Source: Acidimicrobiia bacterium (GTDB lineage Bacteria > Acidobacteriota > Vicinamibacteria > Vicinamibacterales > UBA2999). From it: DNA of 57,018 nucleotides. The DNA lies in the NCBI GenBank assembly GCA_016871375.1, contig VFYY01000003.1, forward strand, positions 1 through 57,018, read 5' to 3'. Below, piece after piece: positions 49,057 to 57,018 of this stretch; the first letter of the stretch is position 1; each line of letters opens with the position of its first letter. The notes beneath the pieces are model-generated. The model saw only the letters and a program-made list of their open reading frames with translations, did no database searches and had not been told where the DNA came from. The position numbers and the translations under genes are program-made.

Positions 49057-50066
49057 CGCGTGCCTTCCGCGAGCCCGACGTCGAAGCGCTTTTCACGCCG
49101 CTTCATCGCCAGCCAGCGCGTGTCGAGCTGGTCCTGGATGGCGCGCGCGGGTACCCTGCGCGTCGCCTGCACGCGCGCGCGCTTGCGCAGCACCTGTGGC
49201 AGGCCGCCGAGCGCCGCGACCTTCGCGCGCACGAACGGTACGAGCATCCCCTGGCGCGCGAAGTACACGGCCGCCGCCGCGTTGTAGAGCAGGTGACCCG
49301 GCAGCGTCGTCACGAGCAGCGACGCGGGTGTGTTGGCGAGGTACAGCCACTCGAGGTTCCGCTGCCCCTGGAATACGGCGGACGCGCTGATCGTGCCCAG
49401 CGTGGCGCTCCCGTGATGCCGAACGACGGCGTTCGCCGCGTAGCGGCAGCGGTAGCCGCGCAGCCGCGCGCGGTACGACAGGTCCACGTCCTCGTGCGAG
49501 GCGAAGAAGGTCTCGTCGAAGCCGCCGAGCTCCTCGAACACCGCCCGCGAGATCAGGCACGCCGCGCCGCACACGCCGAACACCTCGCGAGACTCCGCGG
49601 CCACCGCGACCCGCGCGCCGTGGTGCCGCTTGAACGCGCCGCCGGACCTGAGGAACCCGTCGCCGGCGCTGTCGATAATCGTCGGGTCGTGCATGTAGAC
49701 CACGCGCGACGTGATGAGGCAGAACCCCGCCGCCTCGTCCACCGCCGCGCGCAGCGCGCGCAGCCACTCCGGATCCGCCGCCGTGTCGTTGTTGAGGAAC
49801 GCGAGGTAGCGGCCGCGCGCTTCCCGCGCGCCGGCGTTGTTCCCGCCGGTGAATCCGCGGTTTCCCGCCAGGACCACGAGGCGGACCCACGGATACCGTT
49901 CGCGCACGTACTCCACGGTTCCGTCCGTCGAGCCGTTGTCCACCAGGATGGTCTCGAACACGACGCCCTGCTGCGCGGCGACCGCGGTCAGGCACTCGTC
50001 GAGGTACCGCCGCCCGTTCCAGCTGACGACGATGACGGAGATGTCAGGCAGCGCGGCGGTAGACAT
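49053..50066 (-). CDS. family 2 glycosyltransferase
   Basis: [10 protein letters not shown]...[11 protein letters not shown]. Start is the ATG at codon 38 of ORF 49053..50177. Confidence 0.85.
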   Translation of the reverse strand: MSTAALPDISVIVVSWNGRRYLDECLTAVAAQQGVVFETILVDNGSTDGTVEYVRERYPWVRLVVLAGNRGFTGGNNAGAREARGRYLAFLNNDTAADPEWLRALRAAVDEAAGFCLITSRVVYMHDPTIIDSAGDGFLRSGGAFKRHHGARVAVAAESREVFGVCGAACLISRAVFEELGGFDETFFASHEDVDLSYRARLRGYRCRYAANAVVRHHGSATLGTISASAVFQGQRNLEWLYLANTPASLLVTTLPGHLLYNAAAAVYFARQGMLVPFVRAKVAALGGLPQVLRKRARVQATRRVPARAIQDQLDTRWLAMKRREKRFDVGLAEGTR

Positions 50067-51135
50067 CCAGCGTGATCTCGGCGGTGCGCCGCCACGTGAA
50101 CTGCGACGCGCGCGCAAGACCCGACGCGCGCAGCCTCGCCCGCAGCGCTTCGTCGTTGACGACGCGGCCGATGGCATCGGCCCAGGCGGCGGCGTCGGTG
50201 GGATCGAGGATGAGGGCGGCGTCGCCGGTTACTTCCGGGATGGACGCGGCGCTCGACGCGATCACCGGCGTCCCCGTGGCCATCGCCTCGATCAGCGGCA
50301 GTCCGAAGCCTTCGTACATGGAGGGATACACCAGGGCGGTGGCGCAGCGGTAGAGCGTCTGCAGGCGCTCCTCGCTGACGTCGCCGAGCAGGACCACGGC
50401 CTCGGGCGCTCCCGCCTCGCGCGCGATGCGGCACAGCGCATCGCCGACGCCGCGGTCGGCGCCGACGGTGACCAGCGACAGCGCCGCCGCGGCGCCGAAG
50501 TGGCGCCGCGCCTCGAACATCGCGTCCACCACCGTCGTCAGATTGCGGCGCTCGTGCATGTCACCGACGTGGAGGAGGAACGGCGCGATCACGCCCGCGG
50601 GCACCTCGCAGGCGTCGGCGGCCCTGGGTGCGAACCCGGGATCGACGCCGAGCGGCGCGACCGTGATGCGGCCCCGATCGATGCGGTAGGCACGCACGAT
50701 CTCACCCGCCGAGAACGCCGAGACCGTGACGATGCGATCGGCGGCGCGCGCGCTGCGGCGGTAGAACGCGCGGCGCATCCAGTCGCGCCGGTACGGGTAC
50801 CACTCGGGATACAGCTCGTAGCTGACGTCGTGAATCGTCAGCACGACAGGGACGGGCGCCCAGACGGGCGCGGTGTAGGCGGGCGCGTGGATGACCGAGA
50901 CGCGGCCCCGGGCGGCCGCGCGCGGCAGCCCGACGAGGGTCCAGCCCAGGTTGGAGGGGGGATGCGGCGGCTCTTCGACGTGGCCGACGCCAGCCGGAAT
51001 GACCGCCGGGTCGTGACCGCCGAGCGCGACGATCTCGAGCGGCTCGTCGAGCTCCAGGAGGCCGCCGACGAGGCCTGTGACGTAGCGCCGGATGCCGGGC
51101 GCCGGCGACGAAAAGGCGCGCCCGTCGATGCCCAC
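50044..51135 (-). CDS. GT-B glycosyltransferase (family 4 / GT1 type)
   Basis: [20 protein letters not shown] (EX7E region). Confidence 0.85.
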   Translation of the reverse strand: MGIDGRAFSSPAPGIRRYVTGLVGGLLELDEPLEIVALGGHDPAVIPAGVGHVEEPPHPPSNLGWTLVGLPRAAARGRVSVIHAPAYTAPVWAPVPVVLTIHDVSYELYPEWYPYRRDWMRRAFYRRSARAADRIVTVSAFSAGEIVRAYRIDRGRITVAPLGVDPGFAPRAADACEVPAGVIAPFLLHVGDMHERRNLTTVVDAMFEARRHFGAAAALSLVTVGADRGVGDALCRIAREAGAPEAVVLLGDVSEERLQTLYRCATALVYPSMYEGFGLPLIEAMATGTPVIASSAASIPEVTGDAALILDPTDAAAWADAIGRVVNDEALRARLRASGLARASQFTWRRTAEITLDVYRRAA

Positions 51136-51145
51136 GCGGAGCGTG

Positions 51146-51174
51146 CCGGCCGGCGGCCGGCGGCCGGCGGCCAG
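51146..51174. repeat. heptamer repeat (CCGGCGG)x3 with flanking partial units
   Basis: CCGG-CCGGCGG-CCGGCGG-CCGGCGG-CCAG fills the 39-bp gap between two minus-strand genes. Confidence 0.85.
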
Positions 51175-52968
51175 CTACCGGATCTCCAGATGGAGCCGGC
51201 GTACGGGACGGCCGAGCCGCGCGCAGATGTCGCGGATCCGGTGCTCCACGCTGCCGTTGATCGCCGGGCTGCTCAGCACGACCTCGTCCACCGCGTAGCG
51301 CGCCATCGCGTCTTCGAGCTCGCTCAGCGTGCCTCGGACCGGCACGCCCATGATCCATCGCCGCGCCTTCATCGGGTCGTCGTCCAGGAACGCCACCGGG
51401 TTCATGTTCCAGTTGCCGTTGGCGCGCATCTCGCGCACGAGCGTCTGGCCGAACTGTCCCGCGCCGTACACGAGCACGCGGCGACTGCGCTTGCTGCGCG
51501 TGGCGGCCACCAGGTTCATCGCGCGGAAGGAGGCCCGGGTGGCGACGATGGCGAGAGCGAGCAGCAGCGCGTCGAGCACGAACACGACCCGCGAGAAACC
51601 GACCATGCGGTACAGGTACACCGCCGACAGCACCGAGAGCACCGAGCCCATGCCGACGCCCCGCACGACCACGGCGATGTCGCGCAGGCCGAACGTGCCC
51701 CATGACCGCCGGTAGAGACGCGAGAGATAGAGCGCCAGCAGCTTGCACCCGAGCACCACCGGCAGCGAGGCGGTGAAGTACGGCAGGAAGATGTCGAGGT
51801 CCTCGCCCTCGAAGCGCAGCCGGAACGCCGCGTAGTAGCAGACGGTGATGAGCACGAGGTCGAGCATGACCTCGGCGAAATGCCACCGGAACGTCAGGTC
51901 CTTCAGGAACGGGGCGAACGACGATTTCTGCAGCGCCTGAAAATCCTGCGCGTTGTACGCGGGCACGCGCGCGAGGTAGACGCCGATCAGCGTCATCACG
52001 ACGGCGAAGACCGCGACCACCGGCAGCATCGGCTCGGTGCCGGTGGCCGCCTGCAGGAACCACGCGGTGCCGCCGCCGGCCGCGCCGAGGAAGTACAGGA
52101 TGCGCACGGCGCTGCGCTCGGAGAAGCCGATCGAGACGAGACGGTGCGACACGTGATCGGTGCCGCCCTTCGTCGCGGCGCGGCCCGCGAGCCGGCGCAG
52201 CACCAGCACGAAACCGGTGTCGAACAGCGGCACGATCAGGATCAGGACCACGAGCACGCCAGGATTCACGAACGCCATGCGCGTCTGAAAGACCGGCACG
52301 AGCGACGCCGACGCGAGCACCGCGCCGATGAAGAGGCTGCCGCAGTCGCCCATGAACATGCGTGCCGGCGGCCGGTTCCAGTAGAGGAAGCCGAGCAGCG
52401 CGCCGACGAGCGCCACCAGCAGCAGCACCAGCGTCGGCCCCATCGTCGCGCCCAGTACGACGGCAAGCGACACTGCGGCGACGAGGCCGACGCCGGCGGC
52501 GAGCCCGTCCATGTTGTCGAGCAGGTTCAGGCCGTGGCAGATTCCCGCGAACCACACGATGGCGATGAGCGTGTACCACGACGGCGCCGCGCCTTCTGGC
52601 TCCGCGCCCGCGAGCGCAAAGACGAAGAAGGCGCCGATGGCGAGCGAGGCCACGAGCTTGGCCAGCGCGGAGAGCTGCAGCCGGTCGTCGAGCACGCCGA
52701 CGACGAACATGGCGAGCGAGGCCAGCGCGACCGCGACCCAGGGACTGGAGAAGTCGATGAGCGATGGCTGGAACGCGACGATCGCGAAGCCGGCGACCGT
52801 GCCGCCCGCGATCGCGATCCCGCCCATCGTGGGTGTGGGCGAGGTGTGCCAGCGGTCGGGACGCGGTGGCACCACCGCGCCCAGAGCGGGCGCCGTACGG
52901 CGTACCACGGCCCCGAGGGCCACGGCGGCCACCGTCGCGACGATGAAGACGGCGACGTGAAGAATCAC
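51175..52968 (-). CDS. WecA/MraY-family polyprenyl-phosphate HexNAc-1-P transferase fused to a CapD/WbaP-N-terminal-like 4-TM plus Rossmann-like module
   Basis: The N-terminal ~330 aa carry LDDRLQL, NLLDNMDGLAAG, FMGDCGSLF, and TDHVSHRL. The C-terminal ~260 aa carry 4 TM helices, then RRVLVYGAGQFGQTLVREM...NPVAFLDDDPMKARRWIMGVPVRG...DEVVL. Confidence 0.75.
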   Translation of the reverse strand: MILHVAVFIVATVAAVALGAVVRRTAPALGAVVPPRPDRWHTSPTPTMGGIAIAGGTVAGFAIVAFQPSLIDFSSPWVAVALASLAMFVVGVLDDRLQLSALAKLVASLAIGAFFVFALAGAEPEGAAPSWYTLIAIVWFAGICHGLNLLDNMDGLAAGVGLVAAVSLAVVLGATMGPTLVLLLVALVGALLGFLYWNRPPARMFMGDCGSLFIGAVLASASLVPVFQTRMAFVNPGVLVVLILIVPLFDTGFVLVLRRLAGRAATKGGTDHVSHRLVSIGFSERSAVRILYFLGAAGGGTAWFLQAATGTEPMLPVVAVFAVVMTLIGVYLARVPAYNAQDFQALQKSSFAPFLKDLTFRWHFAEVMLDLVLITVCYYAAFRLRFEGEDLDIFLPYFTASLPVVLGCKLLALYLSRLYRRSWGTFGLRDIAVVVRGVGMGSVLSVLSAVYLYRMVGFSRVVFVLDALLLALAIVATRASFRAMNLVAATRSKRSRRVLVYGAGQFGQTLVREMRANGNWNMNPVAFLDDDPMKARRWIMGVPVRGTLSELEDAMARYAVDEVVLSSPAINGSVEHRIRDICARLGRPVRRLHLEIR

Positions 52969-54686
52969 GTAGCGGACGAAGTGACGAGTTCCCGGGGACG
53001 GGCGTCCTTGTCGCGCAGGAGGAACGGCGTCCCGCCCAGGATGCCCTCGCAGATTGTATCCAGACCCTGGGAGGCGCCGGGCAGCAGCTCCTGGAGCCTG
53101 TTGAGCTTCAGCCGGTAGATGGGGAACCCGGCCTTGGGGTCGATGAAGGGCAGCGGGATCATGCGGTTGAAGAAGAAGTGGTAGGCGTAGCGGCGCGCCC
53201 GCGCGAGCTGGTCCGGACCAAGCCGCTCGGCAAACGGCAGCTGCTGGAGGATCCGGAAATATGCCTGCGGCGAGCTCGCGTCATGCGTGAGCCCCTTGTT
53301 CCGGATCCACGCCTCGCCCGCGACGATCACCGGCAGGCCGACGCTCGTCAGCTCCACGCCCATCTTGGTGCCGTAGATGATGGCGGCGTTGCACAGGGAC
53401 ATCAGGCCGTAGGTGCTCAACCCGCTCTCGGGCGGCACGACGATGATGTTGGGCGCGAGCCGCGGCACGCGCTTCGCGAGCTCGGCGAGGACCGGCTGCC
53501 GCGACGGCGGGAAGCCGCTGATCTCGGCCGGGTGCACGCGGATGAGGAGCTGCAGGTCCGGCCGCGTCGCGAAGTACTCGCACGTCTGGACCAGCCACTC
53601 CAGCATGTTCGCGAACGCGTTGGCCGGGTAGTGCAACTGGGCGTCCCAGGAGACGTTGGTCAGCAGGCCGATGACCGGGCGCGACCGATCGATGCCCGCC
53701 TGGCGCGCGATCTCCTGCGGGTCCTGCTTGGTCGGCCGATGGAAGACGATCCAGTCGAAGAGACCCTCGCGGCGGCTCGAGAGGTACTGCATCAGGCTGC
53801 GCTCCTGCGTGGTGGAGAGCTCGTGCTCCTCCCAGGCGTCGCGCGGCTCGGTGAGCAGCGTGTGGTGATACGTGTCGTGGTGGCTGAAGATGAACCGGCG
53901 CTTGCGGTAGGCGACGTTCCAGGTGGAGACGCGCACCCGCTCCTGGCGGGCGACCTCGGCGAGGATGCCCCACGGCACGTAGATGCCGTGCGTCAGCACG
54001 ACGGAGGAGAATCCCAGTGCGCGCAGCAGACGGCGCGTGGCGTAGGCCGTGAGCAGCGCCGCCTCGAGATACCGCCGCAACACGGCCTCTGCCTGGGGCT
54101 CGTCGAGCGACCCCGAGGCGAAGAACCGCAGCGCGCCGGCGTGCGCGTGCTCGCCGATCTTCAGGCCGTCGAGCTCGAACGTCTCGATCTGCCCCAGCGG
54201 GAGCGTCGCGGCAATGTGCCGCGCCTCGGCGCGGTCCTCGGCCCTCAGCCACTCGCTGTAGCGGTGCACACGGAGGCCGAGCTGCGCGTAGACCTGCTCG
54301 GCCGGCCAGCGGCAGTCGCGGCACAGGTCGCGGCTGGGACCGCGCGTCACGAACGTCTGCACGTCCGGATAGAGCGACGCCTCGCACTCGGCACAGGCCG
54401 GCACCGCGCCGTCGCAGAGGAGCGCGTGGACCTCGGCGCCGCGGAACGTCAACGCGGCCGCGAGCGCGCTCTCGAGCGTGATCGCATGCGCGTAGGCGCC
54501 GATGGAGCTGGCCATCAGCACCTTCTGCCCGCCCTGGGCCGCGGCGCGCGCCGACTGCCAGAGGTCTGGGTCAGCGGCCAGCGGCGCGGTCCAGTCCGGG
54601 TACGCCTCGTACCGCGCGTGGTACCAGCGGCGCAGGAGGCGGGTGGCGCGCCACAGCGCCGGGAATTTCCGGATGGCGTGCTTCAT
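52965..54686 (-). CDS. hypothetical GT-B-like protein, resembling the capsule biosynthesis KpsS/KpsC/LpsZ family, with an N-terminal Cys cluster
   Basis: LLIRVHPAE ... CNAAIIYGTKMGVELTSVGLPVIVAG resembles the Capsule_synth C-terminal fold. Cys cluster CDGAVPACAEC...CRDC. ATG 54686 overlaps the HAD stop (ATGA). Confidence 0.45.
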   Translation of the reverse strand: MKHAIRKFPALWRATRLLRRWYHARYEAYPDWTAPLAADPDLWQSARAAAQGGQKVLMASSIGAYAHAITLESALAAALTFRGAEVHALLCDGAVPACAECEASLYPDVQTFVTRGPSRDLCRDCRWPAEQVYAQLGLRVHRYSEWLRAEDRAEARHIAATLPLGQIETFELDGLKIGEHAHAGALRFFASGSLDEPQAEAVLRRYLEAALLTAYATRRLLRALGFSSVVLTHGIYVPWGILAEVARQERVRVSTWNVAYRKRRFIFSHHDTYHHTLLTEPRDAWEEHELSTTQERSLMQYLSSRREGLFDWIVFHRPTKQDPQEIARQAGIDRSRPVIGLLTNVSWDAQLHYPANAFANMLEWLVQTCEYFATRPDLQLLIRVHPAEISGFPPSRQPVLAELAKRVPRLAPNIIVVPPESGLSTYGLMSLCNAAIIYGTKMGVELTSVGLPVIVAGEAWIRNKGLTHDASSPQAYFRILQQLPFAERLGPDQLARARRYAYHFFFNRMIPLPFIDPKAGFPIYRLKLNRLQELLPGASQGLDTICEGILGGTPFLLRDKDARPRELVTSSAT

Positions 54687-55354
54687 GCGACGAGCCGCGC
54701 GAAATCGCACGGCGGCGGCAGCTCCTCGAACACGCGCCAGGGGTCGTGCGCGCGGAGCTCGTCGATGCGATAGCCGCCGGTCGCGACGGCAATCGTGCGC
54801 GCGCCGATGGCGTTCGCGCAGTGGATGTCGTGCGGCGTGTCGCCGATGACGAACACCTTGTCGTCCGCGACGTCGGCGTGCGCGCGCCGCACCAGCTCCA
54901 GCGCCCGCGCCGCAATGGCTGAGCGCTCCCCGGCGTCTTCCGCGAACGCGCCGTCGGGGAAGAAGTGCAGGAGGTCGTAGTGGGTGAGCTTGGCCTGCGC
55001 GCCCGCGCGCGTGTTGCCGGTCAGCAGGTACGAGCGCACGTCGGAGCGGTCGCGCAGGTGCTCGAGAATCTCACGCACGTTCGGCAGCACGCGGCCCGTG
55101 CGGCGCGGCAGGCTCGCCGGCAGCAGCTCGCCGTAGCGGTCCACCATGCGATGCAGCAACGCCTCGTCGGCCTCGATGCCCATCGACTCGAAGGTCTTCA
55201 CCGCGATCTGATAGTCCGTGAGACCGGCGATGCGGATCTGGGCGAGCTCGAAATCGCGTCCGGTCACCTCACGCACCGCATCGTCCCAGGCGAAGACGCC
55301 CGCGCGCGCGGTCGTCAGCAGCGTGCCGTCGATGTCCCAGAAGAGAACCGTCAT
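54683..55354 (-). CDS. HAD-superfamily phosphatase (PGP/beta-PGM-like subfamily)
   Basis: FWDIDGTLLTT (motif I), LLTGN (II), VIGDTPHDI (IV). Confidence 0.8.
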   Translation of the reverse strand: MTVLFWDIDGTLLTTARAGVFAWDDAVREVTGRDFELAQIRIAGLTDYQIAVKTFESMGIEADEALLHRMVDRYGELLPASLPRRTGRVLPNVREILEHLRDRSDVRSYLLTGNTRAGAQAKLTHYDLLHFFPDGAFAEDAGERSAIAARALELVRRAHADVADDKVFVIGDTPHDIHCANAIGARTIAVATGGYRIDELRAHDPWRVFEELPPPCDFARLVA

Positions 55355-57018
55355 CTAGCGCGCGGCCGAGACGAGGAGCCGCGCGGCGGCGCCGATGGTC
55401 TTCACGAGCCCTGGGACATCCAGCCCGTGGTAGGCCAGGACTTCGTCGTTGGTGCCGCACTCGGGCAGCTCGGTGACGCCCGTGCGCGTAACCCTGACCG
55501 CCGGATCGAGGCCGAGCTCCGCGATCGCCGCGCCGAGCATCTCCCCCTGTCCGCCGTGGACGTAATGGTTGTCCAGCGTCACGACCGCGCGGGCCGGGCC
55601 GATCGCCTCGCGGAGCCAGGCCGGGTCCACGCGGTTCAGCCACGGCAGGTTGACGAGGCGGATGCGCGCGTCAGAGACCTTCTCGATGTCCTCGATCGCA
55701 TGCCAGGCATTGGACAGCAGCCACGGCCCGTAGCCGAAGACCACCACATCGCGGCCCTCGCGCACGGTCCAGCCGCGCCCGACCTGGACGCGCTGCGCGG
55801 CCGGATAGGCGAACGGCAGCGGCCATTTGACGGACACCAGCCGCAGATAGGCGCTGTCGGGCAGCGTGTCGACCAGGTGATCGAAGAGCGCGTGCACTTC
55901 CCCTTCGGCCGCCGGCTCGGCCAGCACCAGGTTCGGGACCGACGCGAGCGCGGAGATATCACGCACCGACTGGTGCGAGTGCCCGGGTCCGCCCGGCAGC
56001 AGGCCGGCCAGCGAACCGACGTAGATGACCTTCGACCCCTCGCTGCACTGGTTGTAGATCTGCTCGTTGGGCCGCGCGGCGAGGAAGCATGCGAACGAGT
56101 GCGCGATCGGCAGCGCGCCGCGGCGCGCCATGCCGCAGGCCATCGACACCATGTCCTGCTCGGCGATGCCGCATTCGACGAACCGCTCGGGGTACTTCGC
56201 CGCGAACGGCACGAGGCCGCAGTCCTTCACCAGGTCCGCGTCGAGGACGACGATGTGCCTGTTGCGGCCGCCCTGCTCGAGGAGCGCCTCCTTGTAGGCG
56301 TCGATCAGGTTGTGCGTGTCGCGCGGCTCGCGGCGGGCCGGGCGCTGTCCCGCGCGCGTCGCGGGGGCACCGAGCCCGAGGTTGCCGAACACATAGCGGG
56401 CCTTCTCGAGGAGCTCCCGAGAGGCGGCCGCGTACTCGGCCTCCGTGGGCGCGCCGGAGTGATAGTTGTACAGCTCGCCGGCCTTCATCGCCGGCCCTTC
56501 CATGAACGACACGCCGCGGCCCTTCACGGTCTCGGCAATGACCACCTTCGGCTGATCGGTCACGCCGTCCAGGCCGCGAAAGGTCTTCTCGAGCGCCGCC
56601 ACGTCATGGCCGTCCACGCGCGAGACGTGCCAGCCGAACGCGCGGAACTTCGCGTCGAGGTCGCCGAGGTGGCTGACGTCGCGCACCCACGTGTCGGACT
56701 GAATCCTGTTGTGATCGACGATGGCCACGATCTCGCCGAGGCGGCCGTTGGCGGCGGACACCAGCGACTCCCAGAACTGCCCTTCCTGCAGCTCGCCGTC
56801 GCCGGTCAGCACGAAGATGCGGCGCGGCTGTCCTGCCAGCCGGTTGGCGATCGCCATTCCCTTCGCCTTGGAGATGCCCATGCCAAGCGAACCCGTGTTG
56901 GCCTGGATGTACGGCGTCTCCACGTGCGGATGCCCCGGCAGGCCGTGCAGCCGCCGCAGGTTGTCGACCTTCTCTTCCGGCAGCAGACCGAGGCCGATGA
57001 GGACCGAGTAGAGCGCGG
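55355..57018 (-). CDS. transketolase-family ThDP enzyme (fused N- and C-terminal sections), 5' end beyond the window
   Basis: The frame is open to the window edge (..LYSVLIGLGLLPEEKVDNLRRLHGLPGHPHVETPYIQANTGSLGMG). ThDP motif GDGELQEGQFWES and Pyr-domain CGIAEQDMVSMACG. The ORF track shows only 55355..56923. Confidence 0.8.
   Translation of the reverse strand, partial: ALYSVLIGLGLLPEEKVDNLRRLHGLPGHPHVETPYIQANTGSLGMGISKAKGMAIANRLAGQPRRIFVLTGDGELQEGQFWESLVSAANGRLGEIVAIVDHNRIQSDTWVRDVSHLGDLDAKFRAFGWHVSRVDGHDVAALEKTFRGLDGVTDQPKVVIAETVKGRGVSFMEGPAMKAGELYNYHSGAPTEAEYAAASRELLEKARYVFGNLGLGAPATRAGQRPARREPRDTHNLIDAYKEALLEQGGRNRHIVVLDADLVKDCGLVPFAAKYPERFVECGIAEQDMVSMACGMARRGALPIAHSFACFLAARPNEQIYNQCSEGSKVIYVGSLAGLLPGGPGHSHQSVRDISALASVPNLVLAEPAAEGEVHALFDHLVDTLPDSAYLRLVSVKWPLPFAYPAAQRVQVGRGWTVREGRDVVVFGYGPWLLSNAWHAIEDIEKVSDARIRLVNLPWLNRVDPAWLREAIGPARAVVTLDNHYVHGGQGEMLGAAIAELGLDPAVRVTRTGVTELPECGTNDEVLAYHGLDVPGLVKTIGAAARLLVSAAR

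Noticed and set aside
48064-49287. A recurrent peptide, [29 protein letters not shown] (variants in ORFs 6789..7559, 32116..33450, 46903..48129 and 48064..49287), suggested a small protein family.
   Set aside because: The peptide is simply the translation of the REP/MITE arms and core. The ORFs continue into antisense noise of neighbouring genes, so the conservation is at the DNA level.

Overview
Very GC-rich (by eye about two-thirds to 70% G+C, not computed), densely coding bacterial chromosomal segment. I recognise no rRNA, tRNA, CRISPR array, transposase or integrase. The gene content fits a soil Acidobacteriota-like organism, but that is inference only. From left to right: (1) a partial vapBC-like toxin-antitoxin (TA) pair, an amine-dehydrogenase-like gene, a secreted M1 peptidase, a membrane protein and ftsH. 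(2) A second vapBC pair next to a decayed patch holding a Ser/Thr kinase N-terminal remnant and a doubly frameshifted nucleotidyltransferase. (3) Housekeeping and metabolic genes: DinB, HD-GYP, AlkP-family enzyme, tkt, NAD-IDH, PlsB-like acyltransferase, proline dehydrogenase, M20 peptidase, cca, threonine dehydratase and M28 peptidase. (4) An SDR (short-chain dehydrogenase/reductase) gene divergent from a large acyl-AMP ligase-ACP-acyltransferase fusion, then infA, a DEAD-box helicase, a small Cys-rich ORF, a MerR-TPR protein, glk and a B3 metallo-beta-lactamase-fold (MBL) protein. (5) A transglutaminase-like gene plus ABC exporter operon, a lipoprotein, egtB-egtD and thiS-thiG. (6) From about 40.4 kb to the window end, a polysaccharide locus: methyltransferase, O-antigen-ligase-like protein, UDP-sugar dehydrogenase, gmd, RmlD-like reductase, FAD oxidoreductase, 3 glycosyltransferases, a WecA-type fusion protein, a KpsS-like protein, a HAD phosphatase and a transketolase-like enzyme. 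The most unusual signal is non-genic. Several families of short palindromic or tandem repeats sit exactly at gene ends, mostly between convergent genes. They are a ~116-bp nested-palindrome MITE/REP-like element (5 copies), a 19-bp-stem hairpin (2 copies), (CCTACCAC)n / (GATTGA)n inverted modules and CCGGC-heptamer repeats. They contribute the stop codons, and in one case the last 8 codons, of the flanking genes, and some abut truncated gene remnants. Protein-level points worth a second look are a candidate split ElbD-like lipid module, a WecA/CapD-N-terminal fusion, and a ThDP-enzyme/HAD/KpsS-like sub-operon in the glycan locus. All functional calls rest on motif recognition by eye in the supplied translations. 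No database search was run.
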